Assembly (NCBI GenBank): GCA_037142615.1
Contig: JBAXAI010000012.1
Span: 26,415 to 90,414, forward strand
Reading direction: 5' to 3'
Length of the DNA: 64,000 bases
DNA from: Spirochaetales bacterium
Lineage (GTDB): Bacteria > Spirochaetota > Spirochaetia > JABEVK01
Under the pieces are notes generated by a model. That model saw only the letters and a list, made by a program, of their open reading frames with translations. It was not told where the DNA came from and made no database searches. Each line of letters starts with the position of its first letter. Within the stretch, counting starts at the first letter, position 1. The position numbers and the translations under genes were made by a program. Below are positions 20,117 to 29,734 of this stretch, piece after piece.

Positions 20117-21334
20117 TTACAGTTTGGCCTCGCCAGCGCGGTCGGGGCGTACGCTCAGCCGGTGCACCGACCCGGGGCCGAACACCGCCTCCATCGTTTT
20201 CGCATAGTCCGCGGCCCGCTTCAAGGGAATATAGGCCTGGATGGTGCCGGCAAACCCGCCACCGTGGACGCGTACCGCCCCGACGCCTTGCGGGTTGTCG
20301 TGGCTCAAGAAGCGGCGCGTGAGGGCCAGGCCCAGAGGAATCGCCTGGTCGCGGATGGCGCCGTGGGGGATGACGTTCTGCAGGAACTCGGCGCTCGAGG
20401 CCCCCGACGCGTCGACCAGTGCCAGGTAGTCCTCGAACCGCCCCGCCTCGATCGCCTTCACCATGTGCTCGACACGGAGGTTTTCTTCCAAGAAGTGCAT
20501 CGCCCGCAGCACGGCCCGGTCGCCCACGCGGGCCCGCAGTCCGGCCACCTCGGCCCAGAACTTCGCGGGATCGACCTCGCGCAGAACCGACTTGCCGAAG
20601 CAGGCCGCCACAGCGTTCATTTCACTGCGGATGGCGGCGTAGTCGGGAGTCAGGTCGGCGTGGTTGCCCTTGGTGTCGACAATGCACAGCGCGTACCCGT
20701 GGGCCTCCCAGTCGAGGGCCAGTTGCCGGATCACGGGCTGGGACGGTGAGGCGAAGTCGATGGTGACCAGGCCGCCCACCGAGCTCGCCATCTGGTCCAT
20801 CAGGCCGCACGGTTTGCCAAAGTGCAGGTTCTCAGCCTCCTGCCCGATGACGCCCAGCGTCACCGCGTCGACCTTGCCGTCGTTGTACAGGGCGCTGAGA
20901 ATGGTGCCGGTGAGGACTTCGAAGGCGGCCGAACTCGACAGTCCCGAGCCCTGGAGCACGCTGCTTTCGACACAGGCACGGAAGCCACCCACTTTCAGAC
21001 CCCGTTTGACGAACGCGGCGGCCACACCACGGAGCAAGGCTTCCGTCTTGCCCGTCTCGGCGGGTTGTGGCTCAAGCGAATCGAGGGCCACGCGGAATGG
21101 GGCGTCCCAGCCGGCGGAGCGCAGTTCGATCACGCCTTCGGCACGCTGAACGACGGCGGCGGCCTCGAGGTCGATGGCGGCGGCGAGGACCCGGCCGTTG
21201 TTGTGGTCGGTGTGGTTGCCCCCCAGTTCGGTACGGCCGGGCGCGGTAAAGGCCCGCAGGCCGGTGGTGTTGCCGTACACTTCGCCGAAGCGTTTGGTCA
21301 GGCGTGCGAAAACAGCGGCGCGTTCGCTTTTCAT
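20117..21334 (-). CDS. galK: galactokinase
   Basis: 405 aa from ATG 21334. GHMP kinase motifs ([25 protein letters not shown]). Overlaps galT stop (ATGA). Confidence 0.9.
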   Translation of the reverse strand: MKSERAAVFARLTKRFGEVYGNTTGLRAFTAPGRTELGGNHTDHNNGRVLAAAIDLEAAAVVQRAEGVIELRSAGWDAPFRVALDSLEPQPAETGKTEALLRGVAAAFVKRGLKVGGFRACVESSVLQGSGLSSSAAFEVLTGTILSALYNDGKVDAVTLGVIGQEAENLHFGKPCGLMDQMASSVGGLVTIDFASPSQPVIRQLALDWEAHGYALCIVDTKGNHADLTPDYAAIRSEMNAVAACFGKSVLREVDPAKFWAEVAGLRARVGDRAVLRAMHFLEENLRVEHMVKAIEAGRFEDYLALVDASGASSAEFLQNVIPHGAIRDQAIPLGLALTRRFLSHDNPQGVGAVRVHGGGFAGTIQAYIPLKRAADYAKTMEAVFGPGSVHRLSVRPDRAGEAKL

Positions 21335-22395
21335 GAGGCGGCTCCCGGGGTAAGGACAGTTTCGACGCCGAGTGCCGTCTCGGCGCAGGCCCGGAGGCGC
21401 TCGGCGGCCTGCTCGGCGGTGATGTCGCGCTGGGGTTGAGCCAGCATCTCGTAACCCACCATGAACTTGCGCACGGTGGCCGAACGCAGCAGCGGCGGCA
21501 AAAAGTGCAGGTGCAGCTGCCAGTGGTCGTGCGCCTGCCCGTCGGTGGGGCGCTGGTGCAGGCCCATGGTGTACGGAAAACTCACCTGGAACAGGTTGTC
21601 GTAACGGCGCGTCATGCGGCCCAGCGCATCGGCCAGCCCAGCACGCTCGGCGCGGGTCAGTTCGGCCACGTCGCGGCGATGAGTTTTGGGGAGCAGCATG
21701 GTTTCGAAGGGCCACACCGCCCAGTACGGCACCACGGCCACCCAGGTGTCGTTTTCGAACAGCACGCGTTCCTTTTCTTTGAGCTCGAGCTTCAGGTAAT
21801 CGAGCAGCAAGACGCTGCCCTTGTCTTTCAACCACTTGGCCTGCTGTTCGCCTTCGCGGGCTGGCAGGTCGGGCACCGTGCGCTGGGCCCAGATCTGCCC
21901 GTGCGGGTGCGGCATCGACGAGCCCATGATTTCGCCCCGGTTCTCGAAAATCTGCACCGAGTTGATTTCGGGGCGACCACCGAGGTCGAGGTACTGGGCC
22001 GCCCACTCGTCGACCACCTTGGTGAGGCCCTCGTTGGTCATGCGAGCCAAGGTGAGGTTGTGTTCGGGGCTGAAGCACACGACACGGCACAAGCCCGCTT
22101 CGGCTTCGGCCACGAGCAAACCGCCTTCGTTGCGCGCCCCGGTCGGAACGTCGGTCAGCAGCGCCGAGAAGTCATTGGTGAAACTGAACACGTCGGTGTA
22201 GGCGGGATTCACGTCGCCGGTGACCCGCTTGTTGCCGGGGCACAAATAGCAATTGGGATCGTGCTTGGGCATGTTGGTGGGCGGCACAGCCTCGACCTTG
22301 CCCTGCCAGGGCCGCTTGGTGCGGTGCGGCGACACCAGTACGGTCTCACCCGTCAGCGGGTTAAATCGGCGGTGCGGAACGTCATTCCAATCCAT
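21331..22395 (-). CDS. galT: galactose-1-phosphate uridylyltransferase
   Basis: 354 aa. CxxC...HxHxQ (CYLCPGN, HPHGQIW) HIT-like GalT motifs. Confidence 0.9.
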   Translation of the reverse strand: MDWNDVPHRRFNPLTGETVLVSPHRTKRPWQGKVEAVPPTNMPKHDPNCYLCPGNKRVTGDVNPAYTDVFSFTNDFSALLTDVPTGARNEGGLLVAEAEAGLCRVVCFSPEHNLTLARMTNEGLTKVVDEWAAQYLDLGGRPEINSVQIFENRGEIMGSSMPHPHGQIWAQRTVPDLPAREGEQQAKWLKDKGSVLLLDYLKLELKEKERVLFENDTWVAVVPYWAVWPFETMLLPKTHRRDVAELTRAERAGLADALGRMTRRYDNLFQVSFPYTMGLHQRPTDGQAHDHWQLHLHFLPPLLRSATVRKFMVGYEMLAQPQRDITAEQAAERLRACAETALGVETVLTPGAAS

Positions 22396-22416
22396 AAAGT
22401 CTCCTGTTTCGCGACG

Positions 22417-22432
22417 ATGTACACGTGTACAT
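22417..22432. promoter_or_regulatory. perfect 16-bp palindrome ATGTACACGTGTACAT (LacI-family operator-like, central CG) upstream of galT
   Basis: Seen directly. Fits TGnnnnCGnnnnCA LacI/GalR-type half-site symmetry. Lies between galT start (22395) and divergent gene. Confidence 0.5.
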
Positions 22433-22513
22433 TACGGTCAAAAGACGAGACTGTCAAGTCAATCAGGCATGCGACGGTTTTTTCTGTTACAATGCGCAAC
22501 GACAGGAGTTCTC

Positions 22514-23545
22514 ATGGACATTAAAATGTGGGGCAAGGCCCTGAGTATCATCCCTGCGGTGACAAAGGACGAGTGGAACGCCCTCGACTTCGTAGCCAAG
22601 TGGCTGATTGCCACCCGCGCGGCCGTCCTGCTGATGACTTTTTTGTCGGCGGCGCTCGCCGGACTGTTCGCTGCCCGCGACGGCGGCTTCGAGTTTCTGC
22701 CGTGGCTGGCGGTCGCGCTGGGGCTGATTCTGGCCCATGCGACCAACAACATTGTGAACGACTACACCGACTTTGTGCGTGGCGTCGACACCGACAACTA
22801 CTTCCGACGGCAGTACGGGCCGCAGCCGGTGGCCGAAGGCCTGCTGACCAAGGGCCAAACCCTGCGCTGGGCCATCACCACGGGCGTGATCGCCTTGGCC
22901 ATTGGCTTGGGCCTGTCGTGGTGGCGGGGCTGGGATCCGGTCGTCCTGTATTTGCTGTTCGGCGGCGTGTTCCTGGTGCTGGCCTACACGTGGCCGCTCA
23001 AACAACTCGCGCTCGGTGAAGTGTCGGTCATCCTGGCGTGGGGCCCGCTGATGATCGGTGGCGGCTACTACACGCTCACCGGCCACTGGGACTGGAACGT
23101 GGTGCTCGCGGGTCTGCCCTACGCGCTGGGCGTGACCACCGTCATCTTCGGCAAGCACATCGACAAACTCGAAATCGACAAGGCCAAGAAGATCCACACG
23201 CTGCCGGTGCTCATCGGCGAAAAGGCCTCGCGCTGGGCGGTCATCGCGATGATGTTGCTGCCCTACCTGCTGGTGGGTGGCCTGATCGCGACCAAGTACT
23301 TCACCCCGGTGATGGCGCTCGTGGTGCTCGCCATTCCGTCGTCGCTCAAGACCATCCAACTCTTCCTCAAACCACGACCGGCGGAGCGTCCCGAGTGGAT
23401 GGCCGAGGGCAATGGTGGCTGGCCGTTGTTCTTTGCGCCGATCGGGTTTATCAACAACCGGGCCTTTGGCCTGTGGTTCCTGCTGGGACTGATTGTCGAT
23501 GTCGCTTTGCGGGTGATTCCAGCCACCAGCGGCTTCTGGCGGTAG
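22514..23545 (+). CDS. menA: UbiA-family prenyltransferase, MenA-like (1,4-dihydroxy-2-naphthoate polyprenyltransferase)
   Basis: 343 aa from ATG 22514 (AGGAG RBS). 8-9 TM. Asp-rich motif NNIVNDYTDFVRGVD typical of UbiA/MenA. Confidence 0.65.
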   Translation: MDIKMWGKALSIIPAVTKDEWNALDFVAKWLIATRAAVLLMTFLSAALAGLFAARDGGFEFLPWLAVALGLILAHATNNIVNDYTDFVRGVDTDNYFRRQYGPQPVAEGLLTKGQTLRWAITTGVIALAIGLGLSWWRGWDPVVLYLLFGGVFLVLAYTWPLKQLALGEVSVILAWGPLMIGGGYYTLTGHWDWNVVLAGLPYALGVTTVIFGKHIDKLEIDKAKKIHTLPVLIGEKASRWAVIAMMLLPYLLVGGLIATKYFTPVMALVVLAIPSSLKTIQLFLKPRPAERPEWMAEGNGGWPLFFAPIGFINNRAFGLWFLLGLIVDVALRVIPATSGFWR

Positions 23546-23550
23546 AGCCG

Positions 23551-24372
23551 GTGGACCTCGAAACCCTGTATCAACCGATTGCCAGCGAGTTGGACGCCGT
23601 CAAGGTCGGTCTGAGTGCCTTGGCCAACACGTTCCACTACGGGCACACCAACACCATCCTGGAGCATTTCTTCCAGCGTCCGGGCAAGCTCTTGAGGCCG
23701 GCACTGGTGCTCCTGTCGGCGAAGGCCCTGGTGGATCCCCTGCCCGCTCCGCTGCGCGAACGGCTGGTGCAAACCGCCTTGGGGGTCGAACTGCTGCACG
23801 ATGCGAGCTTGGTGCACGACGACGTGCTCGACAGTGACACCGAGCGCCGGGGGCAGGCCACGCTCAATGGGGCTTGGGGCAACAAGATCGCGGTGCTGGC
23901 GGGCGACGTCATCTACTCGCGCGGGTTCGGGCTTTTTACGCAGGCCTTGCCACAGCCGCTTTTGGCCGACGTGATCCGCCTGAACGAGCAGATGTGCTCG
24001 GCCGAGATCGAACAGGCCCGGACGCTCGGAAGCCCGCTCGACCGGGAAACCTATTTCCGCATCATCGAGGGCAAGACCGCCGCGTTCATGAGCGTTTGCT
24101 GCCACCTGGGTGCGTCGGTGGCCGCTGAGGTGAACCCGAACTACTTGCCGCATGCCTTCACCCTGCGCCGTTTCGGGCTGGCCTTCGGCCTGGCGTATCA
24201 ACTCTTTGACGACCACGCCGATGGCGACCTGAACTGTCCGGGCCTCGACGGCGTGACCGAGGGCCGCCGCCATCTGGCGAAAGCGGTCGATCTGGTAAGT
24301 TCGTTACCACCAAGCCCCGCAAGCTTGGAACTCTCTCATCTTTGCTCATTCCTCCAGGAACAAAACTCGTAA
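23551..24372 (+). CDS. polyprenyl diphosphate synthase (trans-isoprenyl diphosphate synthase family)
   Basis: GTG start. GKLLRP, first DDxxD (LVHDDVLD) and second DDxxD (FDDHADGD) motifs. Confidence 0.7.
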   Translation: MDLETLYQPIASELDAVKVGLSALANTFHYGHTNTILEHFFQRPGKLLRPALVLLSAKALVDPLPAPLRERLVQTALGVELLHDASLVHDDVLDSDTERRGQATLNGAWGNKIAVLAGDVIYSRGFGLFTQALPQPLLADVIRLNEQMCSAEIEQARTLGSPLDRETYFRIIEGKTAAFMSVCCHLGASVAAEVNPNYLPHAFTLRRFGLAFGLAYQLFDDHADGDLNCPGLDGVTEGRRHLAKAVDLVSSLPPSPASLELSHLCSFLQEQNS

Positions 24373-24377
24373 TTCAT

Positions 24378-24416
24378 TTGACAGCGGGTCCTTTCGGGTA
24401 GTTAATGGAAATTAAC
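24378..24416 (+). promoter_or_regulatory. sigma70-like promoter TTGACA-17bp-GTTAAT with palindrome GTTAATGGAAATTAAC over the -10
   Basis: TTGACA 24378-83, 17-nt spacer, GTTAAT 24401-06. -10 embedded in 16-bp palindrome. 10 bp before GGAGG RBS of cytochrome b gene. Confidence 0.4.
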
Positions 24417-24425
24417 GGAGGATTT

Positions 24426-25979
24426 ATGTCAGATTTAAAGTATCCCGAGGATAAGAAGCTGGGTCCCCAGTTTTCCAGCTTGATGATCGACGAAGTTCCC
24501 AACTACGGCAACCGTTTCCAGTACTCGCTGGGGTTTCTGGCGGCCATCGCGTTCACCATGCTTATTGTCACTGGCGTGATCGAAGTGTTCTTCGGCGCCG
24601 ACTGGTGGCTGACCAACAGCGTGGGTATTTTCTTCCGCAGCATTCACCTTTGGGCCACGCAGGCCTTTGTGGTGTTCATCATTCTTCACCTTGTCGTGGT
24701 GTTCTGTACCATGGGCTACCGTGGCAAACGCAAGATCACCTGGGTGCTCGGTGTGTTGATGTTCCTGTTCGCCTTGATTGAGACCGAAATGGGCTACGCC
24801 CTCCGTGGCGACTTCTCGGCCCAGTGGCGCGCGCTGCAGGGCGCTGACTTCTTCAACGGCTCCGGCCTGGGTCTTTGGATCAACCCGCTCAACGAACTCA
24901 AGATCATGGGCACCCACATCATGATCATGCCGCTGATCATCATCACCATTTTGGTGGTGCACTACATGTTGGTCCGCTTCCTGGGTCTTGCCACGCCTCC
25001 CAAGCCCGACCATCCGCACCGCATCGAAAAAGCCAACCACACCGTGCTGTTTCTGCGCGGCGGTTTTGTCGCGGTGCTCGTCATTGTGCTCGCTATCCTG
25101 CTCCCTTCCCCCTACGTCAAGCCCGTGACGGCGGCCGAAGTCGCCAAGAGTGACCCCAAACTGTTTGCCCGCACGCTGGTGGGTGAATTTGGCCGGCTGG
25201 AAAGCCTGGTCGTTCCCGGTCAGGCCGCCGACGTCAAAGAGGCCGATCTGGAAGCGCAAGACCTCACCTCAGGCTATGTCGACAACCTGCACCCCTACAC
25301 CGACAAAGTGGATGAGGCAACCAAGGCCGCCGACCCCGGCGTTCCCGGCATTGCCTTCGACACACGCGAAGTGTTCGTCAAGCAACCGTGGTCCGGACTG
25401 GTCGCTGGCGGACGCCTGACCGACGATTTGGCCACCATCGAAAAGCTCAGCGCTGAAGAACAGGCCAAGCTGGTGGAAGAAGCCGCCGACTATTTCGGCG
25501 ACAACAAGGGCAACGTGCAGCCGGCGAACAACCTGCTGATCGGTGTGGTCAACAACCTGACCACCCTGGCGACTTCCGGCTACTACGACCAGTACCTCAA
25601 GGGTTACGGCAACGCGGGCGACAACACCAAGTTTCTCCGCTTCATGGCCGACCTGGGCGTGCTCGCGCCACTGGCCGACGCGATGGACATCACCACCGAA
25701 AAGTGGGGCTTCCTGCGCGAAGAAAAGCCGACCGGCACCGACGGCAAGCCGATGATGGACGTCGCCACGCCCCCCGGAGCTTGGTGGCTGGCCCCGATCG
25801 GCGTGCTCAACACCACGGTTCTCGTGGGTGACGACAACGGCGACCGCGACGGAGCCATGATCCTGGGCATTCTGGTGCTGATTCTGGGTGCGGTTCCCTT
25901 CATCCCTGGAGTCAACAAGCTGCCCCTGTACCTGAGCCTTTACAAGCTATTCCAGCGCAAACCCAAGGCTGCGAAGTAG
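24426..25979 (+). CDS. cytochrome b (bc-complex cytochrome b N-terminal domain) with long C-terminal hydrophilic extension
   Basis: RSIHLWATQAFVVFIILHLVVVFCTMGYRGKRKITWVLGV matches the conserved cytochrome b/b6 helix B-C region incl. haem-ligand His. About 250-aa non-membrane C-terminus. Confidence 0.7.
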   Translation: MSDLKYPEDKKLGPQFSSLMIDEVPNYGNRFQYSLGFLAAIAFTMLIVTGVIEVFFGADWWLTNSVGIFFRSIHLWATQAFVVFIILHLVVVFCTMGYRGKRKITWVLGVLMFLFALIETEMGYALRGDFSAQWRALQGADFFNGSGLGLWINPLNELKIMGTHIMIMPLIIITILVVHYMLVRFLGLATPPKPDHPHRIEKANHTVLFLRGGFVAVLVIVLAILLPSPYVKPVTAAEVAKSDPKLFARTLVGEFGRLESLVVPGQAADVKEADLEAQDLTSGYVDNLHPYTDKVDEATKAADPGVPGIAFDTREVFVKQPWSGLVAGGRLTDDLATIEKLSAEEQAKLVEEAADYFGDNKGNVQPANNLLIGVVNNLTTLATSGYYDQYLKGYGNAGDNTKFLRFMADLGVLAPLADAMDITTEKWGFLREEKPTGTDGKPMMDVATPPGAWWLAPIGVLNTTVLVGDDNGDRDGAMILGILVLILGAVPFIPGVNKLPLYLSLYKLFQRKPKAAK

Positions 25980-25992
25980 CACCAACTTGACC

Positions 25993-26006
25993 TGAACACG
26001 TGTTCA
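25993..26006. promoter_or_regulatory. perfect 14-bp palindrome TGAACACGTGTTCA upstream of the LacI-family regulator gene
   Basis: Seen directly. Same central CACGTG core as the galT palindrome. 16 bp before the ATG of the LacI-family gene. Confidence 0.5.
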
Positions 26007-26021
26007 CGCCATGCTGGCAAC

Positions 26022-27005
26022 ATGCCTACCCGTCAGGATGTTGCCAGCAAAGCCGGCGTGAGCGGCGCCACCGTCAGCCGGGTGTACAACTCGCCTGGCC
26101 TGGTTGACGCCGCCACCCGTGAACGCGTGCGGGCTGCCGCTGCCGCGTTGGGCTTTGTCCCCGACCGCCATGCGGCTGCCTTGCGGCGCAAAACCAGCAC
26201 CACCCTGCTTCTTGTCGAAATCGAGGACTCCGAGGCCTACCGGTGGCCAGGTCAGCGTGCGTACCAGAGCCTGTACGGCGAGATCATCCGTGGGCTGGTG
26301 CATCACCTTCAGACGACCCCGTGGCACCTCGAGCTTGTCAACTTACCTTCATCACGCGACCTCCCTTCGTTGGTGGCGGGCCCCGAGTTTGCGGGGATTC
26401 TGGGGTTTGACGTGGTCACCCAGGCGGTGGCCGACGAACTGGCGAAGCTGGGGAAGCCGGTGGTCTGCGCCCACCATGGCGATCATCTGACCGGTGTCAG
26501 TACCGTGACAACCGACAATTTCGCCGGAGGCGCGCTTCAGGCGCGCTGGCTTCGCGAGCAAGGCCTGGTTGACGTGGCGTACGTCACAGGACTTTCGGAC
26601 CAGGTCAGGTCGCACTCGTTGCGCCAGCAGGGCTTCGCCTCGGTTCTGCAACCCCTTGAACTGCTCGCCACGGGCGTCGGTCTGCTGGAAGGGAGGCAAG
26701 CCGCCCGGAGTCTGGCGCCCCTGGTCAAAACGGGCCGGGTGAGGGCTGCGGCCTGCGTGAACGACCTGACGGCGCTGGGGCTGATCCAGGGCTTGGCCTC
26801 GCTGGGCTTGCAGGTTCCGCGCGATGTGGTGGTGCTGGGCTACGACAACCTGGTGGTGACCGATCTGTTCGAGACCCGCTTGCCCACCATTGAGGCCCGG
26901 TTGCCCCTCGTGTACGAGCAGGCGCTCGACGTGCTGATCGGTCTGGTGCAGCACCCCGGCGGAGAGACCCACCTCGCCGTGATCCCCGAATTAGCGGGGG
27001 TCTGA
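26022..27005 (+). CDS. LacI-family transcriptional regulator
   Basis: N-terminal HTH MPTRQDVASKAGVSGATVSRVYN, periplasmic-binding-like sugar domain. 327 aa. Confidence 0.85.
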   Translation: MPTRQDVASKAGVSGATVSRVYNSPGLVDAATRERVRAAAAALGFVPDRHAAALRRKTSTTLLLVEIEDSEAYRWPGQRAYQSLYGEIIRGLVHHLQTTPWHLELVNLPSSRDLPSLVAGPEFAGILGFDVVTQAVADELAKLGKPVVCAHHGDHLTGVSTVTTDNFAGGALQARWLREQGLVDVAYVTGLSDQVRSHSLRQQGFASVLQPLELLATGVGLLEGRQAARSLAPLVKTGRVRAAACVNDLTALGLIQGLASLGLQVPRDVVVLGYDNLVVTDLFETRLPTIEARLPLVYEQALDVLIGLVQHPGGETHLAVIPELAGV

Positions 27006-27872
27006 AACGACCACCCGGTTGCGCCCGGATTCCTTGGCTTCGTAAAGGGCCCGGTCGGCGTGCTCGAGCAGATGGTCTCCACTGGTGTCGGCGAGGGTCA
27101 TTTCGGCCACGCCGATGCTGACCGTGAAGCGAATCGACTGGCCTTCGTGTTCCACAGCGACGGCGGCGACTTTTTCGCACAGGCGAACGGCGAGCCCTCG
27201 CGCATTGGCCAAGTCGGCGCCAGGAAGCAGAACGGCAAACTCCTCGCCGCCCAAACGGCCTGCCACGTCGAAACGGCGTAGGGTGGCGCTAACCAAGTCG
27301 GCGAACTGCCGCAGAAGGGTATCGCCCGCGGCGTGGCCGTAGTTGTCGTTCACGCGCTTGAAGTGATCCAGGTCGAGCATCAACAACGACACAGGCTGGT
27401 CGGGTTGCCTCTGGAACCGCGAGATTTCGGCCTCGTAGAGGGCCAAAAACGACCGGCGGTTGCAAAGGCCGGTCAGAAAGTCGGTCGCGGCGAGGTCTCT
27501 CAGTTCCAGTTCCAAACGTTTATGGCCGGAAATGTCGGTGACGGTGCCGAAGTAGCCCACCAATTCTTCGCCCTCGCGGTCGTCGGTGGCCTGCCCGAGC
27601 ACCCAGATCGTCGAACCGTCGCGCCGCACCAGGCGAAAATCCTCCGAAAAAGGCCCACCACCGTGAGCGAAGGCAGCCCAGCGTGCCAGCACCCGTTCGC
27701 GGTCGTCGTCGTGGATAACCTCGGTCCAGCCGTCGTCCTGAGCCCGGGCTGAGTTCTGGCCCGTGAGCAAGGTCCAGCGGTCGTTGACGTAGTCGCAGCG
27801 GCCCTGGAGGTCGGTCCGGAAGATTCCGACAGGGAGGTGCTCGAGCAGGCGCGTCATCATTCCCGGTTGCAT
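26991..27872 (-). CDS. PAS domain-containing diguanylate cyclase (GGDEF)
   Basis: ATG at 27872 with GAGG RBS. PAS (DGSTIWVLG...), GGDEF (RLGGEEF), RxxD I-site absent/unclear. Convergent 15-bp overlap with lacI-family gene. Confidence 0.8.
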   Translation of the reverse strand: MQPGMMTRLLEHLPVGIFRTDLQGRCDYVNDRWTLLTGQNSARAQDDGWTEVIHDDDRERVLARWAAFAHGGGPFSEDFRLVRRDGSTIWVLGQATDDREGEELVGYFGTVTDISGHKRLELELRDLAATDFLTGLCNRRSFLALYEAEISRFQRQPDQPVSLLMLDLDHFKRVNDNYGHAAGDTLLRQFADLVSATLRRFDVAGRLGGEEFAVLLPGADLANARGLAVRLCEKVAAVAVEHEGQSIRFTVSIGVAEMTLADTSGDHLLEHADRALYEAKESGRNRVVVSDPR

Positions 27873-27909
27873 AGCCTCATCGTCTTCTTTTTGCTGGAGT
27901 TTGACAAGT

Positions 27910-28695
27910 TCACTCCTGCGCCGAGGCCAAGCGGTACAGCGCCACGCTGGCCGCAACCGAAGCGTTGAGGCTATCGTGCCCCTCGGCCATGGGAAGCACC
28001 AAGGGGATGGAACCCTGCAGCCGTTCGGTAGGCGACAACCCTTCGAACTCGTTGCCTACCCACACCGCCAGTTTGCCGGCCCTCGCTGTGCGCCCAGCGG
28101 GACTTTCGCGCCACACTTCCAAGGGAAGAGCACCCTCTTCCAGCGCCAAAACGACCGTCGTCCACCCGGCCTGCCCGAAGAGCTTCTGCATCGCAACCAA
28201 AGAGTCGGGTAACTGCACGGGCGGGTGGGCGTACACCGCGCCCATCGACACCTTGGCGCAGCGGCGGCTGAAGGGGTCGCACGATTCCCGTCCCACCGCC
28301 ACCGCATCCCAGCCCAGGGCCAGCGCCGAACGGTAGAGCGCGCCGAGGTTCTCGGGATCGGTGAGCCGTGGGGCCACGGCAAGCCGCCGGGCAGGACCGG
28401 CCAAAAAGGCTTCCAGAGTCAGCGGCGCGGGCCGATGGGCCACGGCAATCACGCCCCGATGAAAGGAAAAACCCGCCCACCGGTCCATTTCGGCCTGCGA
28501 CAGCACCTGAACCGGGCAGCGCCCCGCGGCCAAAACCGTGAACTCGGCGTAGTGTGCCTCGAGGCAGTGAACCGCCTCGGGAACCAACGACGATGCGAGC
28601 AAACGGCGGGCCAAGGTGTTTCCTTCGGCCAACGTGAGGCCGGAACGGGTCCACTGCCGTTCGCTGAAGCCCCAGTACGGGGTGGGATCGTCCAT
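27910..28695 (-). CDS. TrmH/SpoU-family RNA 2'-O-methyltransferase
   Basis: 261 aa from ATG 28695. SpoU methylase motifs (LVLGNE-like WVGNEFEGL, SLNASVAASVALY). Confidence 0.65.
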   Translation of the reverse strand: MDDPTPYWGFSERQWTRSGLTLAEGNTLARRLLASSLVPEAVHCLEAHYAEFTVLAAGRCPVQVLSQAEMDRWAGFSFHRGVIAVAHRPAPLTLEAFLAGPARRLAVAPRLTDPENLGALYRSALALGWDAVAVGRESCDPFSRRCAKVSMGAVYAHPPVQLPDSLVAMQKLFGQAGWTTVVLALEEGALPLEVWRESPAGRTARAGKLAVWVGNEFEGLSPTERLQGSIPLVLPMAEGHDSLNASVAASVALYRLASAQE

Positions 28696-28696
28696 G

Positions 28697-29725
28697 CTAA
28701 ACGAGAAGCTTCTCGACTTCCTTGATGCAAGCTTCCAGCCGTTCGTAGTAGTCCGGCGAGCTGACGGTGACAAACTTGCGCATGTCAAAGCCAAAATCCT
28801 TGTACATCTTCATCAACGCCGTGTGGTTGGTGTCGCGCAGCACTTCACCGGTGTCGCGCATGCCATCGTCGATCCACGGCACGTTGGGCTTGAGCGCCAG
28901 CACGAGGTCGTACTTGTTCGGGTCGATGAAACTCTCGAGGCGGCTCGACACCTGCCCCATGAAGAACACACTGAAAAAGCGGGTCACCACCGCGTCGGTG
29001 TCGAAAAAGCAGACCTTGCTACTGGTGGCCAGTGCCTGCAGGTCCTGCTCGTACTGGATGTGGGCGATGCGATTGAAGTCTTCGAGCTCAAAGAGCGTCC
29101 CGTCGCCCCCCAAAAAGTCTTCCTGGTAGGTGCGGCCGGCCTCTTCGGACCAACTGGTGTAGAACACCTTGGCCAGCTTCTTGGTCAGCGTGGTCTTGCC
29201 GCAGCTTTCAGTGCCGGTGATGAGCACACGCTTGGTGAAGAACGGACGCGCGGCGCCGACGATGTAGTCCCAGTACTTGTAAGGATGCTGGCGAATCTCG
29301 GTGCTGCTGATGTTCCACTTGCTGCGGTTGGGGTCGAGCAGGCGGTACTCGGCCTCGGGAAACGCCCGTTTGTGATCTTCGGTGTAGCGGGTTTCGCCAC
29401 CGAACACGAGGTCGATTTTTTTGCCGACGGCTCCGCGGACCAGTTGGGCGTACTCCGTCCAACCGTAGGGCGAAGGCGGAATGTCGGCCTCATCGACCAG
29501 GCGGATGCGGATGCCCAGCCCCTTCAACTCTTGCGCCAACCAGCGTCGGCGCAGGGCGCCGTCAACGTAGGCGATTCCCGCGTCACGGCACAGCGCTTCG
29601 TCTTCTTCGCGGCGCTCGCTCACCACCACAAAGAGCTCATCGCACAAGGCGTGCGCGCGCAGGATTCCGGTCAGGTGACCACGGTGGGGAGGCAGAAAAC
29701 GACCGGGAAAGACGCCAACGCTCAT
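28697..29725 (-). CDS. nadR: NadR-like bifunctional NMN adenylyltransferase / ribosylnicotinamide kinase (no HTH domain)
   Basis: GVFPGRFLPPHRGH nucleotidyltransferase motif (HxGH) and P-loop GTESCGKTTL kinase domain. Confidence 0.75.
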   Translation of the reverse strand: MSVGVFPGRFLPPHRGHLTGILRAHALCDELFVVVSERREEDEALCRDAGIAYVDGALRRRWLAQELKGLGIRIRLVDEADIPPSPYGWTEYAQLVRGAVGKKIDLVFGGETRYTEDHKRAFPEAEYRLLDPNRSKWNISSTEIRQHPYKYWDYIVGAARPFFTKRVLITGTESCGKTTLTKKLAKVFYTSWSEEAGRTYQEDFLGGDGTLFELEDFNRIAHIQYEQDLQALATSSKVCFFDTDAVVTRFFSVFFMGQVSSRLESFIDPNKYDLVLALKPNVPWIDDGMRDTGEVLRDTNHTALMKMYKDFGFDMRKFVTVSSPDYYERLEACIKEVEKLLV

Positions 29726-29734
29726 GGCGCTACA

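Noticed and set aside
20117-22090. 657-aa ORF spanning galK as a single large protein
   Set aside because: The N-terminal 250 aa are a low-complexity Arg/Pro/Ala read-through overlapping galT in another frame. Galactokinase homology begins at the internal ATG 21334, which overlaps the galT stop.
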